64,000 bases of DNA from the NCBI GenBank assembly GCA_035549295.1, contig DASZRG010000021.1, positions 2,596 through 66,595 of the forward strand, in the 5' to 3' direction. Shown piece by piece: positions 51,491-60,914 of this stretch. The translations under genes were made by a program, and so were the position numbers. Origin of the DNA: Patescibacteria group bacterium (GTDB lineage: Bacteria > Patescibacteriota > Microgenomatia > Levybacterales > GWA1-39-11). How positions within the stretch are numbered: the stretch's first letter is position 1; every line of letters starts with the position of its first letter. Below the pieces are notes generated by a model. The model had not been told where the DNA came from. It ran no database searches and worked only from the letters and a program-made list of their open reading frames with translations.

Positions 51491-51856
51491 ATGGACCGTG
51501 CGTCAAAAAGCTACAGGATGCTAATATTATGGGAAAAGCTGTGTAACTTGGTCAAATTCACATATAAATTGGTGGATTTGTTGCCTAGATCAGAAGATTT
51601 AGGCTTAAAGTCTCAGATGCGAAGGGCAGTAGTGTCTGTAATATCCAATTTTGTAGAAGGTTATTTGAAGTCAAGCACGAAGGAAAAACTGCACTTTCTA
51701 GAGATTGCGCAAACGTCACTACTTGAACTTGAGGCTCAGGCTGAAGTATGTCTGATGCTTAGCTACTGGTCTGAGGCTAATTATGAAGAATTCGAGCGTA
51801 TCAGAGCTGAAGCTGGCTATTTCCTACATAGATATAAGGCTAAAATCGCTTCTTAG
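51491..51856 (+). CDS. Four-helix-bundle protein
   Basis: YRMLILWEK...LPRSEDLGLKSQMRRAVVSVISNFVEG. Confidence 0.9.
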   Translation: MDRASKSYRMLILWEKLCNLVKFTYKLVDLLPRSEDLGLKSQMRRAVVSVISNFVEGYLKSSTKEKLHFLEIAQTSLLELEAQAEVCLMLSYWSEANYEEFERIRAEAGYFLHRYKAKIAS

Positions 51857-52002
51857 CGCATTAGCCCTTGATACTTGTGGTACCCATGATACCCCTTGAT
51901 ACCTTCCGAAGCGTACCTGCAAAAAGCTGCCTACAAATTTATACGGGCCTGTCTTCCTATATAAATATGTTTATAGACAGCTTTTTGCAGCTAAGGTGTG
52001 GT

Positions 52003-52048
52003 CCTGGAGGGGTAGTGCGTAGCTTGAGGCTAGCGCTGCCCCTCCAGG
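52003..52048 (-). terminator. GC hairpin immediately 3' of the cassette D stem
   Basis: cctggaggggtagtgc...gcgctgcccctccagg. Confidence 0.6.
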
Positions 52049-52165
52049 GGTATTCTTTGACAAATGTCCTTGCGGTAGGGTTATTACGCCCTTTTTTGGC
52101 CTATTTTAGACCAAAAGACTCCGCACAGCCTTGATCAGGTCTGTCAGGCACGAGATTGTGCCTGA

Positions 52166-52696
52166 TCAGTTGGAGGTGAAGGTCCCGAAGCCGCTGGTCC
52201 TCGTGTAGATGGGTACAAGCGGGCATTGTGCCTGGCAAAAGTCCAGGTATGCCTGATGTATCAACGTCTCAGTGCGAGGATCGGTCCTGAGGCCGTCCGG
52301 GCCCGTGTCGTAGATGAAGCGTTTGCTCCAGTTGGCCTTGAGGTCAACCTGAGGCTGCGCGCCTTGGCTGTCACGGTCCATGACGATCCTGGCGACCACG
52401 AAGTCCCCGGGATTGAAAGATGCCTGAGTGACGCCGTCCGAGAAGCCCGTAGGCATCACGAAGACGTACACCTCATAAGACGGGGTGTCGGACGCGAGCG
52501 CCTCAGGCTGCTGCTGAAGCTGGATCGAGCCTCCAGGCTTGGGCGTAGGAGTCGCATCGCTTTTGCCTTTACTGCCACCACCGCTAAGTGTGGCTAGGAT
52601 GGCGATGGCGGCGATGGCCAGGAGTGCGACGATGAGGCCGTACTCCACGAGTGTCTGGCCACCTTCGTCACTGTTGAAAATTTTGAGAAGCTTCAT
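52166..52696 (-). CDS. Flp/type IVb pilin-like N-terminus fused to an extracellular domain
   Basis: EGG|QTLVEYGLIVALLAIAAIAIL; GGAGG SD. Confidence 0.8.
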   Translation of the reverse strand: MKLLKIFNSDEGGQTLVEYGLIVALLAIAAIAILATLSGGGSKGKSDATPTPKPGGSIQLQQQPEALASDTPSYEVYVFVMPTGFSDGVTQASFNPGDFVVARIVMDRDSQGAQPQVDLKANWSKRFIYDTGPDGLRTDPRTETLIHQAYLDFCQAQCPLVPIYTRTSGFGTFTSN

Positions 52697-52818
52697 TTCT
52701 CCTCCGGAGAAGTCTTGTCTCGCACGATGCGAGGGCTAGCCTAAAGCTATCTTCGTGCCTATTTGTGCCTGAATCCTCCTTAAACTCAGTGAAAGTAGAG
52801 TGCGGGACGCGCGTCCGG

Positions 52819-53205
52819 CTACACGTTGGGGTTAGGAGGTAGATCGTCGCCTTCGTCGTTGGGCGGTATCACTGGGAACTCTTCGTTCCAGGCGCTCATG
52901 ATGTCGACGATGAGCTTGGTATTGCTTCCTCTAAGCTTTAGCCCTAGAACGTCGACCACTGAGAAGATGGCGCTTTTGACTATGAAGGCGTTGAGGCCGG
53001 TTGGACGCTGAGCGCTCCTGGTCTCGATGCCGTGGTCGTATGCCATCACGTGATGCGTTCGGAGATACTCCCGGGCATCTGGAAGTCGGTCCGCGCTTCG
53101 CTTCTGAAGCTTCGTTTCGAGAACCTTGATTACCAGATACGCAGGGTAGGCTGGTTCTCCCAGCTTAACTTCCCACTGATTCAAAATCTCTTGTGGAGTT
53201 TGCAT
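52819..53205 (-). CDS. Hypothetical protein
   Basis: AAGGAG SD; 128 aa. Confidence 0.65.
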   Translation of the reverse strand: MQTPQEILNQWEVKLGEPAYPAYLVIKVLETKLQKRSADRLPDAREYLRTHHVMAYDHGIETRSAQRPTGLNAFIVKSAIFSVVDVLGLKLRGSNTKLIVDIMSAWNEEFPVIPPNDEGDDLPPNPNV

Positions 53206-53216
53206 GTCTCTCCTTC

Positions 53217-53381
53217 TTAGGCGGCGTGGGTGTCTAACTTTTTAGGCTGACGCCACTTGATGCCGTTCAGAATGGCGAAGACGCCACTCCTGTAGCCGAG
53301 TCTTTGCCTGAGTGCAGCGCGGTTAACGCGATGCGCCTTCTCAGGCTTTTGTTCGGACTCGCCCTGTTCGATCTCGTCCAT
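53217..53381 (-). CDS. 54-aa small protein
   Basis: Hand translation MDEIEQGESEQKPEKAHRVNRAALRQRLGYRSGVFAILNGIKWRQPKKLDTHAA; AGGAG SD. Confidence 0.6.
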   Translation of the reverse strand: MDEIEQGESEQKPEKAHRVNRAALRQRLGYRSGVFAILNGIKWRQPKKLDTHAA

Positions 53382-53469
53382 TTTCGTCTCCTGCGCTTGT
53401 TATGCGCAAACTATCGAGCCGACGATCGGCTCGGTTGTTTAACCAGTTGGTTAACCTTTTCCGGCTACC

Positions 53470-53811
53470 TTACGGCACCAGAATTGGTTCCAGGCGTTGC
53501 GTTATCCTTCCGTTTTGAATGGCTCGATCGAGCCAGGCGTTGTCGTCTATCTCAGAGCTCGGGTCGATGTACGAAACCGGCATCACCGAGCTTGGCGTGT
53601 TTGGCTTGTTGAGGTCGAACACGTAGACAGGGTAGAGTACTATGGCCCCATCTTCCAGTGTGGACGGCGTTGCGCTTGGAGCGTTCTCATCCGCAGGCCG
53701 AAGATCCTTGGGGTCAAAGATCCCAAGGGAAATCTCCAGAACTGCAAAGAGAGCTACGATGAGGAGTAAACCGATTGCCAAGGGGCTGAACGGGACGCGA
53801 TTCTTGAGCAT
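53470..53811 (-). CDS. Single-TM hypothetical protein
   Basis: TM + YPVYVF motif like 52166. Confidence 0.65.
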   Translation of the reverse strand: MLKNRVPFSPLAIGLLLIVALFAVLEISLGIFDPKDLRPADENAPSATPSTLEDGAIVLYPVYVFDLNKPNTPSSVMPVSYIDPSSEIDDNAWLDRAIQNGRITQRLEPILVP

Positions 53812-53839
53812 TTCAATTTCCTCTCTTCAGGTCGTAGAT

Positions 53840-54259
53840 CTAGTCGTCTGAAACGATAAAGTGTTTTGCCTTGACAATCAGGCGGACCTGATTGCAGTAG
53901 CTTTTGGGACAGAACGCATGGTAGTAGAACTCCAGAAGCTCATCGTCGTCGATCGGAACTTGAAAAACGTGCGAGAAAAATGGTTTGAGTTCCACCTCAG
54001 CCACGTTTTGCGAAGCTTCTGTAATCTGCGCCGTCACGATTATGTAGTCCTGTTCGTTGAGAATCTCCTGTGATATGTAGTCATTCGGAAGATACACGCG
54101 TTCAGGATTTACGATGATGTAGTACATCTCGTGGACGGGTAGTGGCGCTTCTGAGACCAGAGTCAGTTGAACGCTGGGCTCGTAGTTGGCCGATATATCG
54201 GCTGCGGCTGCAATAAGCAGAGCAACTGATATGAGCACCAATAAACGTATGTGGTGCAT
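53840..54259 (-). CDS. Secreted hypothetical protein, paralog of the 52166 C-domain
   Basis: Signal peptide; Y..FC...C..V motif. Confidence 0.65.
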   Translation of the reverse strand: MHHIRLLVLISVALLIAAAADISANYEPSVQLTLVSEAPLPVHEMYYIIVNPERVYLPNDYISQEILNEQDYIIVTAQITEASQNVAEVELKPFFSHVFQVPIDDDELLEFYYHAFCPKSYCNQVRLIVKAKHFIVSDD

Positions 54260-54958
54260 AGCGGGGTGTGTCTCGTCCTTTCTACTAAAAACTGGATAGA
54301 TGTGTTGTTGGATCGTATTTTACGCGACCACCTTACCTTCGTTATATACCTCCATGATTATATTTCTGCCTGACAAACGGACAGCCGAATGGAGTTAATT
54401 GAATAAGCAAATAAGCAAAGTTCAAATAAGCAAATGAATGCAAAATAAAGTAAATGTTAAATATTTAGAATTAAAACATTCAAACATTTAAACATTCATT
54501 TGAGCTTTATCATTTGCATATTTGCTTATTAACCCCGTTAGGCTGCCCATTTAGTACTGGCAGATTTCGGACATTTGTCAAATTATTAATGTGCTAATTA
54601 GTAACTAGAAACTAGATATTAGAGACTAGTTTATGCAAATAAAACTAGCACTAAATACCGAGCTAAATTACTAAATTCGTTGAATATTATTAATCAACGA
54701 ATAGATGTCTAGAAATAAGAATTTCTAAGCATTTATCTATTGACTAAAGATTCGTTTTCTTCGTTTTATTATTCCTTATCATCCTGAAACGTTAGTGAAT
54801 GATCTTTTTAAAGATTCTTCATTTCACTCAGAATGACATTATTTCTTAAGTTCTTCGTTGAACGGTAACGATTCCCGTTTCGTTGCTTGGTTACGTTTGT
54901 CGTAAAACTTAACCGATACGGGTTTCGTAACCTTTTAACAATTAACGAAAATTATTTT

Positions 54959-55010
54959 GATCCCGGAAAGAGTAGTGCGCAGCATAGCTGGCATTTCCCA
55001 ATCCGGGATC
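54959..55010 (-). repeat. Conserved post-cassette hairpin GATCCCGGA...TCCGGGATC
   Basis: Copies at 54959-55010, 60136-60187 and 62220-62272; variant at 57287-57334. Confidence 0.85.
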
Positions 55011-55091
55011 GTGTTTCTGTTGGCCTCAATCGCCAAGAACTTGCACCAGAGGCGCAATCTTGGCTTAAAAAGCCTATTCTATTTCGAGACG

Positions 55092-55406
55092 TTAGGTTGG
55101 CGGCAGGTACTTTTCGATGTCCTCGATCCGGGCGTGCCAGATGGAGACTTCCGTCTTTGGGTCGAATTCCTTGTGACGAACCGCCATGTGTAGATCCAGA
55201 AGCAGGTCGGCAAAGTTCGTGGCGTACCAGAACTCACGGTGAATGTCGTCTCCGACGTATCTTGCTAGGAATGCAAGATACGCGAAACCGCTGTACAGAC
55301 GTACAGGCTTCGTTGGCATTCGATCGAGCACTAGTGCAGTGCACTTAATGAGCTCGATGACCGCTTGTGAGTCCGTGATTTTGATGGTCACGTTTTGAGT
55401 TGTCAT
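55092..55406 (-). CDS. Hypothetical protein
   Basis: AAGGAGG SD. Confidence 0.7.
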   Translation of the reverse strand: MTTQNVTIKITDSQAVIELIKCTALVLDRMPTKPVRLYSGFAYLAFLARYVGDDIHREFWYATNFADLLLDLHMAVRHKEFDPKTEVSIWHARIEDIEKYLPPT

Positions 55407-55415
55407 GGTGCCTCC

Positions 55416-56027
55416 TTAGTGGCAGGGTTCTAGATTCGCGATATCGTTCTCGTATGCAACCTCAGGCGTGATACCGCCAGGCGCGCGGACGATGCCCTGA
55501 CGGACAGTGCCGCCGATTTGGGCGCCTCTCATAAGGCAAGGGGTCGGGAAAGTCTTCCCGTCCTCAAGCGTTATGAAGCCCCAGGCATCTTGCAGGGGTC
55601 TGAAATGAATCACTCCCCAGCCGCTGACACCTCCACCGTCCTCGCTTGCCAGCGGGATGGGTTTAAAGGAGGTGACTTTGCAGGTCGTCATAGACGACCT
55701 TTCGGTGGGCGATGGGTTCACTCGCCTATCGGTATTGTCCGAAATGGGTAAGTGAACAATGCCACCACTCGGCGCCTTCACGAGAAGACAAGCGCCCGAT
55801 GTTGGGTCGAGCTCAAGTCCTGTGAACAGGATGATGTCGTCTCCAAAGACTGAGTCATTCTGCTTGAAGATCCTGTAGGGGCCGTTATTTCCGACTATTT
55901 CAGTCGGGGTCAGCGTCGGTTTGACTGTGACTTCGACCCCCTTGGGTGTACCCAGTATTGCGAACGCCGATACGGCGACCGCGAACAAAAGGGCGCCTAT
56001 TCCAAGATGCACGAGATTTTTATTCAT
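55416..56027 (-). CDS. Secreted/anchored hypothetical protein
   Basis: AGGAGG SD; N-terminal hydrophobic segment. Confidence 0.7.
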   Translation of the reverse strand: MNKNLVHLGIGALLFAVAVSAFAILGTPKGVEVTVKPTLTPTEIVGNNGPYRIFKQNDSVFGDDIILFTGLELDPTSGACLLVKAPSGGIVHLPISDNTDRRVNPSPTERSSMTTCKVTSFKPIPLASEDGGGVSGWGVIHFRPLQDAWGFITLEDGKTFPTPCLMRGAQIGGTVRQGIVRAPGGITPEVAYENDIANLEPCH

Positions 56028-56084
56028 GGCGGGGCCTCCTAGGGCCTTGAACTCCGATTGGGTCGCGGTTGGAAGCGACGCTTA

Positions 56085-56435
56085 CTACGTTGGATGCTTC
56101 GTCATGCAGATCTCAAACGGGACTTCGCTTTTGTACCAGCCAACAATCGTAACGCTGTTCGGGCCGAAAATGAACATCGGTGTGCCGGTCGTGTCTGAAA
56201 ATCCACGAGTGGTAGAACTGTATTTGATCTCCATCGTGGGTTGGTGACCTCGTCGTCGAACGATTGAAGCGGAATGCAGCTTCTGGTTGGAGATCCAGTC
56301 GTAGTTTGGCGTTTTGTCTAAGGAGTACCAACGGTATTCCTCGACGTCAAACTCGCCCTCACCAAATAGCGACAAGAGGTCGCTCCTGATAGTCGGTGCG
56401 TTTTCGGATGTTAGCCAGACAATTTTGGAATCCAT
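56085..56435 (-). CDS. Hypothetical protein (family with 60500 and 61365)
   Basis: GAGGAGG SD; PMFIFGPNSVTI motif. Confidence 0.7.
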   Translation of the reverse strand: MDSKIVWLTSENAPTIRSDLLSLFGEGEFDVEEYRWYSLDKTPNYDWISNQKLHSASIVRRRGHQPTMEIKYSSTTRGFSDTTGTPMFIFGPNSVTIVGWYKSEVPFEICMTKHPT

Positions 56436-56470
56436 TTTTCAGTCCTCCTCAGACTGTCTAAATACTGCGC

Positions 56471-56833
56471 TTAAGATGAGGCTTTCTGATCGCGGATGTC
56501 TGCTTTATTGAGAATTACTGTGAAGTAGCTCTCAAATCGCGCATCCAAAACCCTTTTCAACCTACTTGTGAGACGACGTTGTCCTTCATTCGTCAACCTG
56601 TTGTGGAGACGATTGTCGATCGTAACTTCGGCGAGCATGACGCCCATGTTCTCGGGGCTCACGCTGTCATACGGAAGCCAAAAGATACTTATGTTCACGA
56701 TCTGTTCTGGAAAATCCAGAATTTGTGACAAAGCCATTGAAAGATCCTGACGCGTGATTCTCCTTGTATCTGAACTTAGTCTCTCGTATTTTTCGCGAGA
56801 GGGATAGATCTTAAAGATTGCATCGAATGCCAT
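56471..56833 (-). CDS. Hypothetical protein (weakly tautomerase-like beta-alpha-beta pattern)
   Basis: AGGAGG SD; 120 aa. Confidence 0.65.
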   Translation of the reverse strand: MAFDAIFKIYPSREKYERLSSDTRRITRQDLSMALSQILDFPEQIVNISIFWLPYDSVSPENMGVMLAEVTIDNRLHNRLTNEGQRRLTSRLKRVLDARFESYFTVILNKADIRDQKASS

Positions 56834-57478
56834 TTTTTTCAGTCCTCCTAAGACTGTTTGAACTTAGACCATGCCAATGAAGCGGAATTGAACCGTTTGT
56901 TTTCCTGAAAAGGAACAGCATAGCAACAATTAGTGAATCAGGAAGCAAGAATCATGAATCAAGGAATTAGCTTTTGATACCCTTGATACCTTTGATACTT
57001 CTGATACTTTTCTAAATTGCGACCACGATGTTCCTCTCCAGGTGTCTCGAAATAGATTTTCAAGGTGCGAAGCACCGCAGACCCTGAGCGACTTCGCCAA
57101 AGGCGAGGAGTCGAACGGGTCAAAGTGCTTATCTAGTAACCAGCGTCTAGAAGCTAGCTTTTAGCGTCTAGTTAACTGATTAACTAAATTTATCGTTGAA
57201 TAATCAACGAATAGATGAGTAGAAGAGATTCTGAAACTAGTTCAGAATGACAAGCTTTCTACACATTCATTTATTGATTTATATTTGTTCCGGAAGGTAG
57301 TTTTCAGCATAGTGCTGAGCTTTCCTTCCGGAACGGTTCCTCCTTTCAGAGGGTCTTCCACCTCAAATGGTCTGGTTCGCGGCTTATGCGAACTGTTCCA
57401 CTTTTGGTGGTGGCTCCGCATTGACTTGCGTCATGCGGAGTAAACGAGATAGTCCTTCGGCAGGCTCAGGATCTGCGA

Positions 57479-57946
57479 TCAGTGGGGGCTGACGATGATG
57501 TACCAGCCGAGAATGACTACAGCGCCGACGGTGATCGTCAGCACAATGCGTCCCCAGAGGGACATATTTATGAGAGATCGCTTGACGAACTTGATGCCGA
57601 GCAGTGTATGCCAGGCGACGACCGCGACGACCACCACGACTATGAACAAAAGTCCACAGGTGATGAAAGCGATGCTAAATAGTGTGTTGCCGAGAGCTCC
57701 CACGATATCGTGTCGAATCTCGTTGAGAAGGCCGACGAAGATTTCTTCCGGTGACTGTTGGGTCTCCTGCCCGTCGTATCTCGCAGCTACAGATACGATA
57801 ACGAACGCCAACAGGCCGCCGCTGAAACCAACGGGGAGCGCTATGACAAAGGGTAGTTCATGGATGCTGGTTGCGACCACCAGCACACCGAAAAACCCAG
57901 CCATGAATTTGGGCAATATTGAGTGCATCGAGTTCCAAACTCGCAT
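57479..57946 (-). CDS. 4-TM membrane protein
   Basis: AAGGAGG SD at MRVW; F.GL.NE.R motif shared with 58175. Confidence 0.7.
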   Translation of the reverse strand: MRVWNSMHSILPKFMAGFFGVLVVATSIHELPFVIALPVGFSGGLLAFVIVSVAARYDGQETQQSPEEIFVGLLNEIRHDIVGALGNTLFSIAFITCGLLFIVVVVVAVVAWHTLLGIKFVKRSLINMSLWGRIVLTITVGAVVILGWYIIVSPH

Positions 57947-57956
57947 GATACCTCCT

Positions 57957-58151
57957 TTAGTCCGATTTGCGACCACGCATGAGCGTGAACATCACTGCGA
58001 AGACCAGGGCAAAGTTTATGAAATTCTCAGCCCTTTCTTCGAATTCTGACTTGTGCGGGTTGAGTTGAGCTTGGAGTTGAGCTTGAAGCTTCTCCTCTGT
58101 CTCACCAAGCCAAGTCAGACCACGGCAGATGTTTTTGACGAGTTTGATCAC
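57957..58151 (-). CDS. Small protein with C-terminal TM
   Basis: AAGGAGG SD before GTG. Confidence 0.6.
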   Translation of the reverse strand: MIKLVKNICRGLTWLGETEEKLQAQLQAQLNPHKSEFEERAENFINFALVFAVMFTLMRGRKSD

Positions 58152-58174
58152 GTGTTACATCCTCCTTGCGTGGG

Positions 58175-58546
58175 TTAGATGTGTGACGTAGCCCAGACGA
58201 TTGCGAGTGTGCCTAGGGCGATCAAGACGATGGCCGATATGGAAATGAGCCCTACGGCAACTGCTACTGCGCGGTCGCCGAAAGTCTCGAGGAGCGCTAG
58301 TCGAGCCTCGTTGATAAGGCCGGAAAAGCTCTCGTTTACACGATCTGAGTCGAACGATCGGCCAGCACCGATCAGGAAATCCCGAATCAGGCTGGTCACA
58401 ATGAAGGATGCGACTAGGCACGCCCAAACTGGTAGGCCACTTGTGAGGGTAACGACAAATATCGTAACCCAACATAGGATGGCGATGAAGTTCTCCAAGA
58501 GCTCGTTTGCCAAACTGTTGACTATGCGCTGTAAAAGGTTGAGCAC
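58175..58546 (-). CDS. Membrane protein, paralog of 57479
   Basis: AGGAGG SD; FSGLINEAR. Confidence 0.7.
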   Translation of the reverse strand: MLNLLQRIVNSLANELLENFIAILCWVTIFVVTLTSGLPVWACLVASFIVTSLIRDFLIGAGRSFDSDRVNESFSGLINEARLALLETFGDRAVAVAVGLISISAIVLIALGTLAIVWATSHI

Positions 58547-58556
58547 GTGGTGCCTC

Positions 58557-59354
58557 CTAGGTGCGCGGGAACATGGTTCCAGGATGGCTTTCGAACGTAG
58601 TTCGTACCATCTGGGTTAGTTCCTGCGGCTCTCCGACGAAGGCGTTTGCGTCGACGAAAACTCCGTCGATGCTTGTTCCGACGATGAACGGGAAGAGGTT
58701 ATAGTTGCTGATGCTCTCCCGTCCGCGGTGGTAGATGATCCGGATCTTGCTGGCTACCCCAGGTTGGACTTCTTCGATCTTCTCCCTGATAAAGCGAGCT
58801 AGGTATATTGCTCTGAGCACTTTCCACCGGCTTGAACCGAGGAGCACGAATGTCGTGTTCTCTGGGATCGTGACGCCGTCAAGCACCATTTTCAGCTGTG
58901 AGCTGATGATTTGATCATCATCAGTGAGAAACGAGTTTTCACCCGGTCCTACGCAGATGATGGGCGCGACGCCGTAGTCCTGGGCTTGGAGAGTTAGCTT
59001 CTGCAAGCTAGTGCTGTCGAAGCTTGGGCGAAGACGCGCCTGGGGCGAACCGAGAATGGCTCGTGCGTTGTATTCGCGCATCATCTCTCCAGGCACACCT
59101 GTGATAGGACCCGATGTCCAGTGGTCGGTGATGTTGACGGCGATGCCAGGCAACAATCCGCCGATCGTCGTCTGTGCGATCAGCTGACTTGTGTCGCGGA
59201 TCAAGTACTGCGGGACGCAGAAGAGAAGTTCCACTGCGAGTTCGTGCGCATCCCGAACGACTGGCGAGACGTTTTGCAAAAGCGTTCTCTCGCTGCAGTC
59301 ATCGGGTAGATTCGCGATGATCAAGGGCATGCGGTTTACGATATTAGCTGTCAT
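58557..59354 (-). CDS. Triosephosphate isomerase-like protein lacking catalytic residues
   Basis: PLIIANL, GPITG, ILGSPQAR, PIICVG, IRIIY and IDGVFV align to the TIM strands. Confidence 0.75.
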   Translation of the reverse strand: MTANIVNRMPLIIANLPDDCSERTLLQNVSPVVRDAHELAVELLFCVPQYLIRDTSQLIAQTTIGGLLPGIAVNITDHWTSGPITGVPGEMMREYNARAILGSPQARLRPSFDSTSLQKLTLQAQDYGVAPIICVGPGENSFLTDDDQIISSQLKMVLDGVTIPENTTFVLLGSSRWKVLRAIYLARFIREKIEEVQPGVASKIRIIYHRGRESISNYNLFPFIVGTSIDGVFVDANAFVGEPQELTQMVRTTFESHPGTMFPRT

Positions 59355-59377
59355 TTCGGTTCTCCTGAGACCCTAAT

Positions 59378-59569
59378 TTAAGGGATGTTGTGTTTGGGTT
59401 GTTGGTCCACGAGGCCGTATCTTGCCTCGAGCAAGATTCTGACAAGCCATTCAGGCTTGTCGAATTGCTTCGCGGCATGCTGGACGAGGTGTTCAAACCT
59501 CTCCTCAAACGTTTCGTTGTTCGTCGCTGCCTCGGTAGGCTTCACGGGTGCTGTGCTACAGTTTGTCAT
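59378..59569 (-). CDS. Small hypothetical protein
   Basis: Coupled to 59566; GAGG SD. Confidence 0.6.
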   Translation of the reverse strand: MTNCSTAPVKPTEAATNNETFEERFEHLVQHAAKQFDKPEWLVRILLEARYGLVDQQPKHNIP

Positions 59570-59823
59570 CTTGCTGCCTCTCTGTACTGGGATTCGAAAC
59601 CCCAGCGGATTACTTTCCGGCCTTCAACTTCGAGAACGAGTTTCTCGTCAGTGTCAGGTGGTCCAACAGACATTTCTGTCCAGGCCAGTCCGTTTTCTCC
59701 AGATCCGAAAAGTTTGCCTAATTTTGGATCGAAGCAGAGGCTTTCGAGTGTAAAGTCGAGTTTGACAATTCCAGTTTCCCGTGAGATCCAAGTTACTGTG
59801 CCATGTTTGAGATTTGACATCAT
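59566..59823 (-). CDS. Small hypothetical protein (OB/cold-shock-like N-terminus)
   Basis: HGTVTWISRETGIV. Confidence 0.6.
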   Translation of the reverse strand: MMSNLKHGTVTWISRETGIVKLDFTLESLCFDPKLGKLFGSGENGLAWTEMSVGPPDTDEKLVLEVEGRKVIRWGFESQYREAAR

Positions 59824-60305
59824 GATAAATTGATCACCCTTTCAGCGCTATACGCTTGAACTAAAGTGCCAGCTTCCAGATGAGAAGCGTTGTACTCCGA
59901 ACCTGTCATTCGAAGCACAAAGCTTCCCACCGGAAGACTGTGATTCCTTTATCTTTATAACTATCTCGAATTGTCAAAGAGCAAATGGTTCTTAGCTTTT
60001 AGCTCTTGGCAGTTAGTTTATGCAAAACAAACTAAAGCCAAATGCTTATGACTAAAAACCTCGTGTAATATCATTCTGAAAAAAGCGATAGAGTAAGATT
60101 CTTCACTTCGTTCAGAATGACATTAGTGTTTTTTTGATCCCGGAAAGAGTAGTGCACAGCATAGCTGGCAGTAATCCATCCGGGATCGATATTTTCTTCC
60201 ACCTTCGCGTGAAGCTTCGGTGGATAAGCCACAGAGTGGGTATTGACCGCGGCTTTCGCGAACTGTACCACAGAGTGGGCTAGTGTCTATTTCGAGAAGT
60301 ATGGC

Positions 60306-60482
60306 TTAGAAAGCGTTCAGCATTGCTTCGAGTAGCGAAAAACCTCCTCCCATTATTGCTAAGGTGCCGATGACGGCCAGTAGGACTCCATGCTTGCTGC
60401 GCTTCAGCTGGACCCAGCAGTATACTGAAAGTGCCAGCAGAAATAGTCCTGCAACAAGCAGAGAGATGACAGTTAAGTTCAT
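60306..60482 (-). CDS. 58-aa two-TM small protein
   Basis: Hand translation MNLTVISLLVAGLFLLALSVYCWVQLKRSKHGVLLAVIGTLAIMGGGFSLLEAMLNAF; stop 8 nt before the 3' stem arm. Confidence 0.65.
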   Translation of the reverse strand: MNLTVISLLVAGLFLLALSVYCWVQLKRSKHGVLLAVIGTLAIMGGGFSLLEAMLNAF

Positions 60483-60499
60483 GTCGATTCGCTGCCGGA

Positions 60500-60886
60500 C
60501 TAGTGCTCGACGGCGAAGGTGACCTCAAAGTAGTGGTCATCGCCGTCCATGTCACGGATGGTAACCTTGTCACCATCAAACACGAACGAAGGCACGAGGC
60601 CTTCGCGGTAGTAGTCAGTGTCCTGGAAGCAGTACATGCCCTCTGTATATCGAATGCAGAGGGTCGCGTAGTCCTGCAAGTTGCGGGCTTCGGCAGTAAT
60701 GCCGGATCCGATGAGGCGTTGGCCGTTGAGAACGGTCGTCAAAGTCGGCTCATCGGTTTGATCGTTGAACCACTTGCGCTCGCGGACGCTAAAGGTGACT
60801 TTGTTGCCACCCAGTAACGCGCGCATTTCGCTGCAGAGGTCCAAAGCCGAATTACGCCAAAGACCGATTCCGTTTTGAGTTGTCAT
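60500..60886 (-). CDS. Hypothetical protein (family with 56085 and 61365)
   Basis: GAGGAGG SD; PSFVFDGDKVTI. Confidence 0.72.
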   Translation of the reverse strand: MTTQNGIGLWRNSALDLCSEMRALLGGNKVTFSVRERKWFNDQTDEPTLTTVLNGQRLIGSGITAEARNLQDYATLCIRYTEGMYCFQDTDYYREGLVPSFVFDGDKVTIRDMDGDDHYFEVTFAVEH

Positions 60887-60914
60887 TTCAGTCCTCCTCA
60901 GGCTGTTGAACTAG

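Larger units (their letters stand above)
52056..54594 (-). other. boxA/terminal-stem cassette D
   Basis: GCACATTAATAA (54594-54583); TTTGACAAATGTCC (54582-54569) pairs with GGACATTTGTCAAA (52069-52056). Confidence 0.75.
55078..57068 (-). other. boxA/terminal-stem cassette E
   Basis: GCACCTTGAAAA (57068-57057); TCTATTTCGAGAC (57056-57044) pairs with GTCTCGAAATAGA (55090-55078), 1 nt after the stop. Confidence 0.88.
57445..59983 (-). other. boxA/terminal-stem cassette F
   Basis: TGCTCTTTGACAA (59983-59971); CGAGATAGT(T) (59968-59959) pairs with (G)ACTATCTCG (57454-57445). Confidence 0.8.

Noticed and set aside
18284-51856. Diversity-generating retroelement suggested by Avd-like proteins
   Set aside because: No reverse transcriptase and no TR/VR pair with A-specific mismatches; the precursor duplication differs at all base types.
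52056-52069. Cassette D arms read as mere -35 boxes or a palindromic operator (TTGACAAATGTC)
   Set aside because: Partly palindromic, so weaker evidence than the other arms and not fully excluded; the 14/14 match, boxA adjacency and trailing GC hairpin fit the cassette pattern better.
56870-56920. tRNA genes at GGTTCAATTCC (also 61765)
   Set aside because: Only a T-arm-like hairpin; no acceptor, D or anticodon arms could be built.
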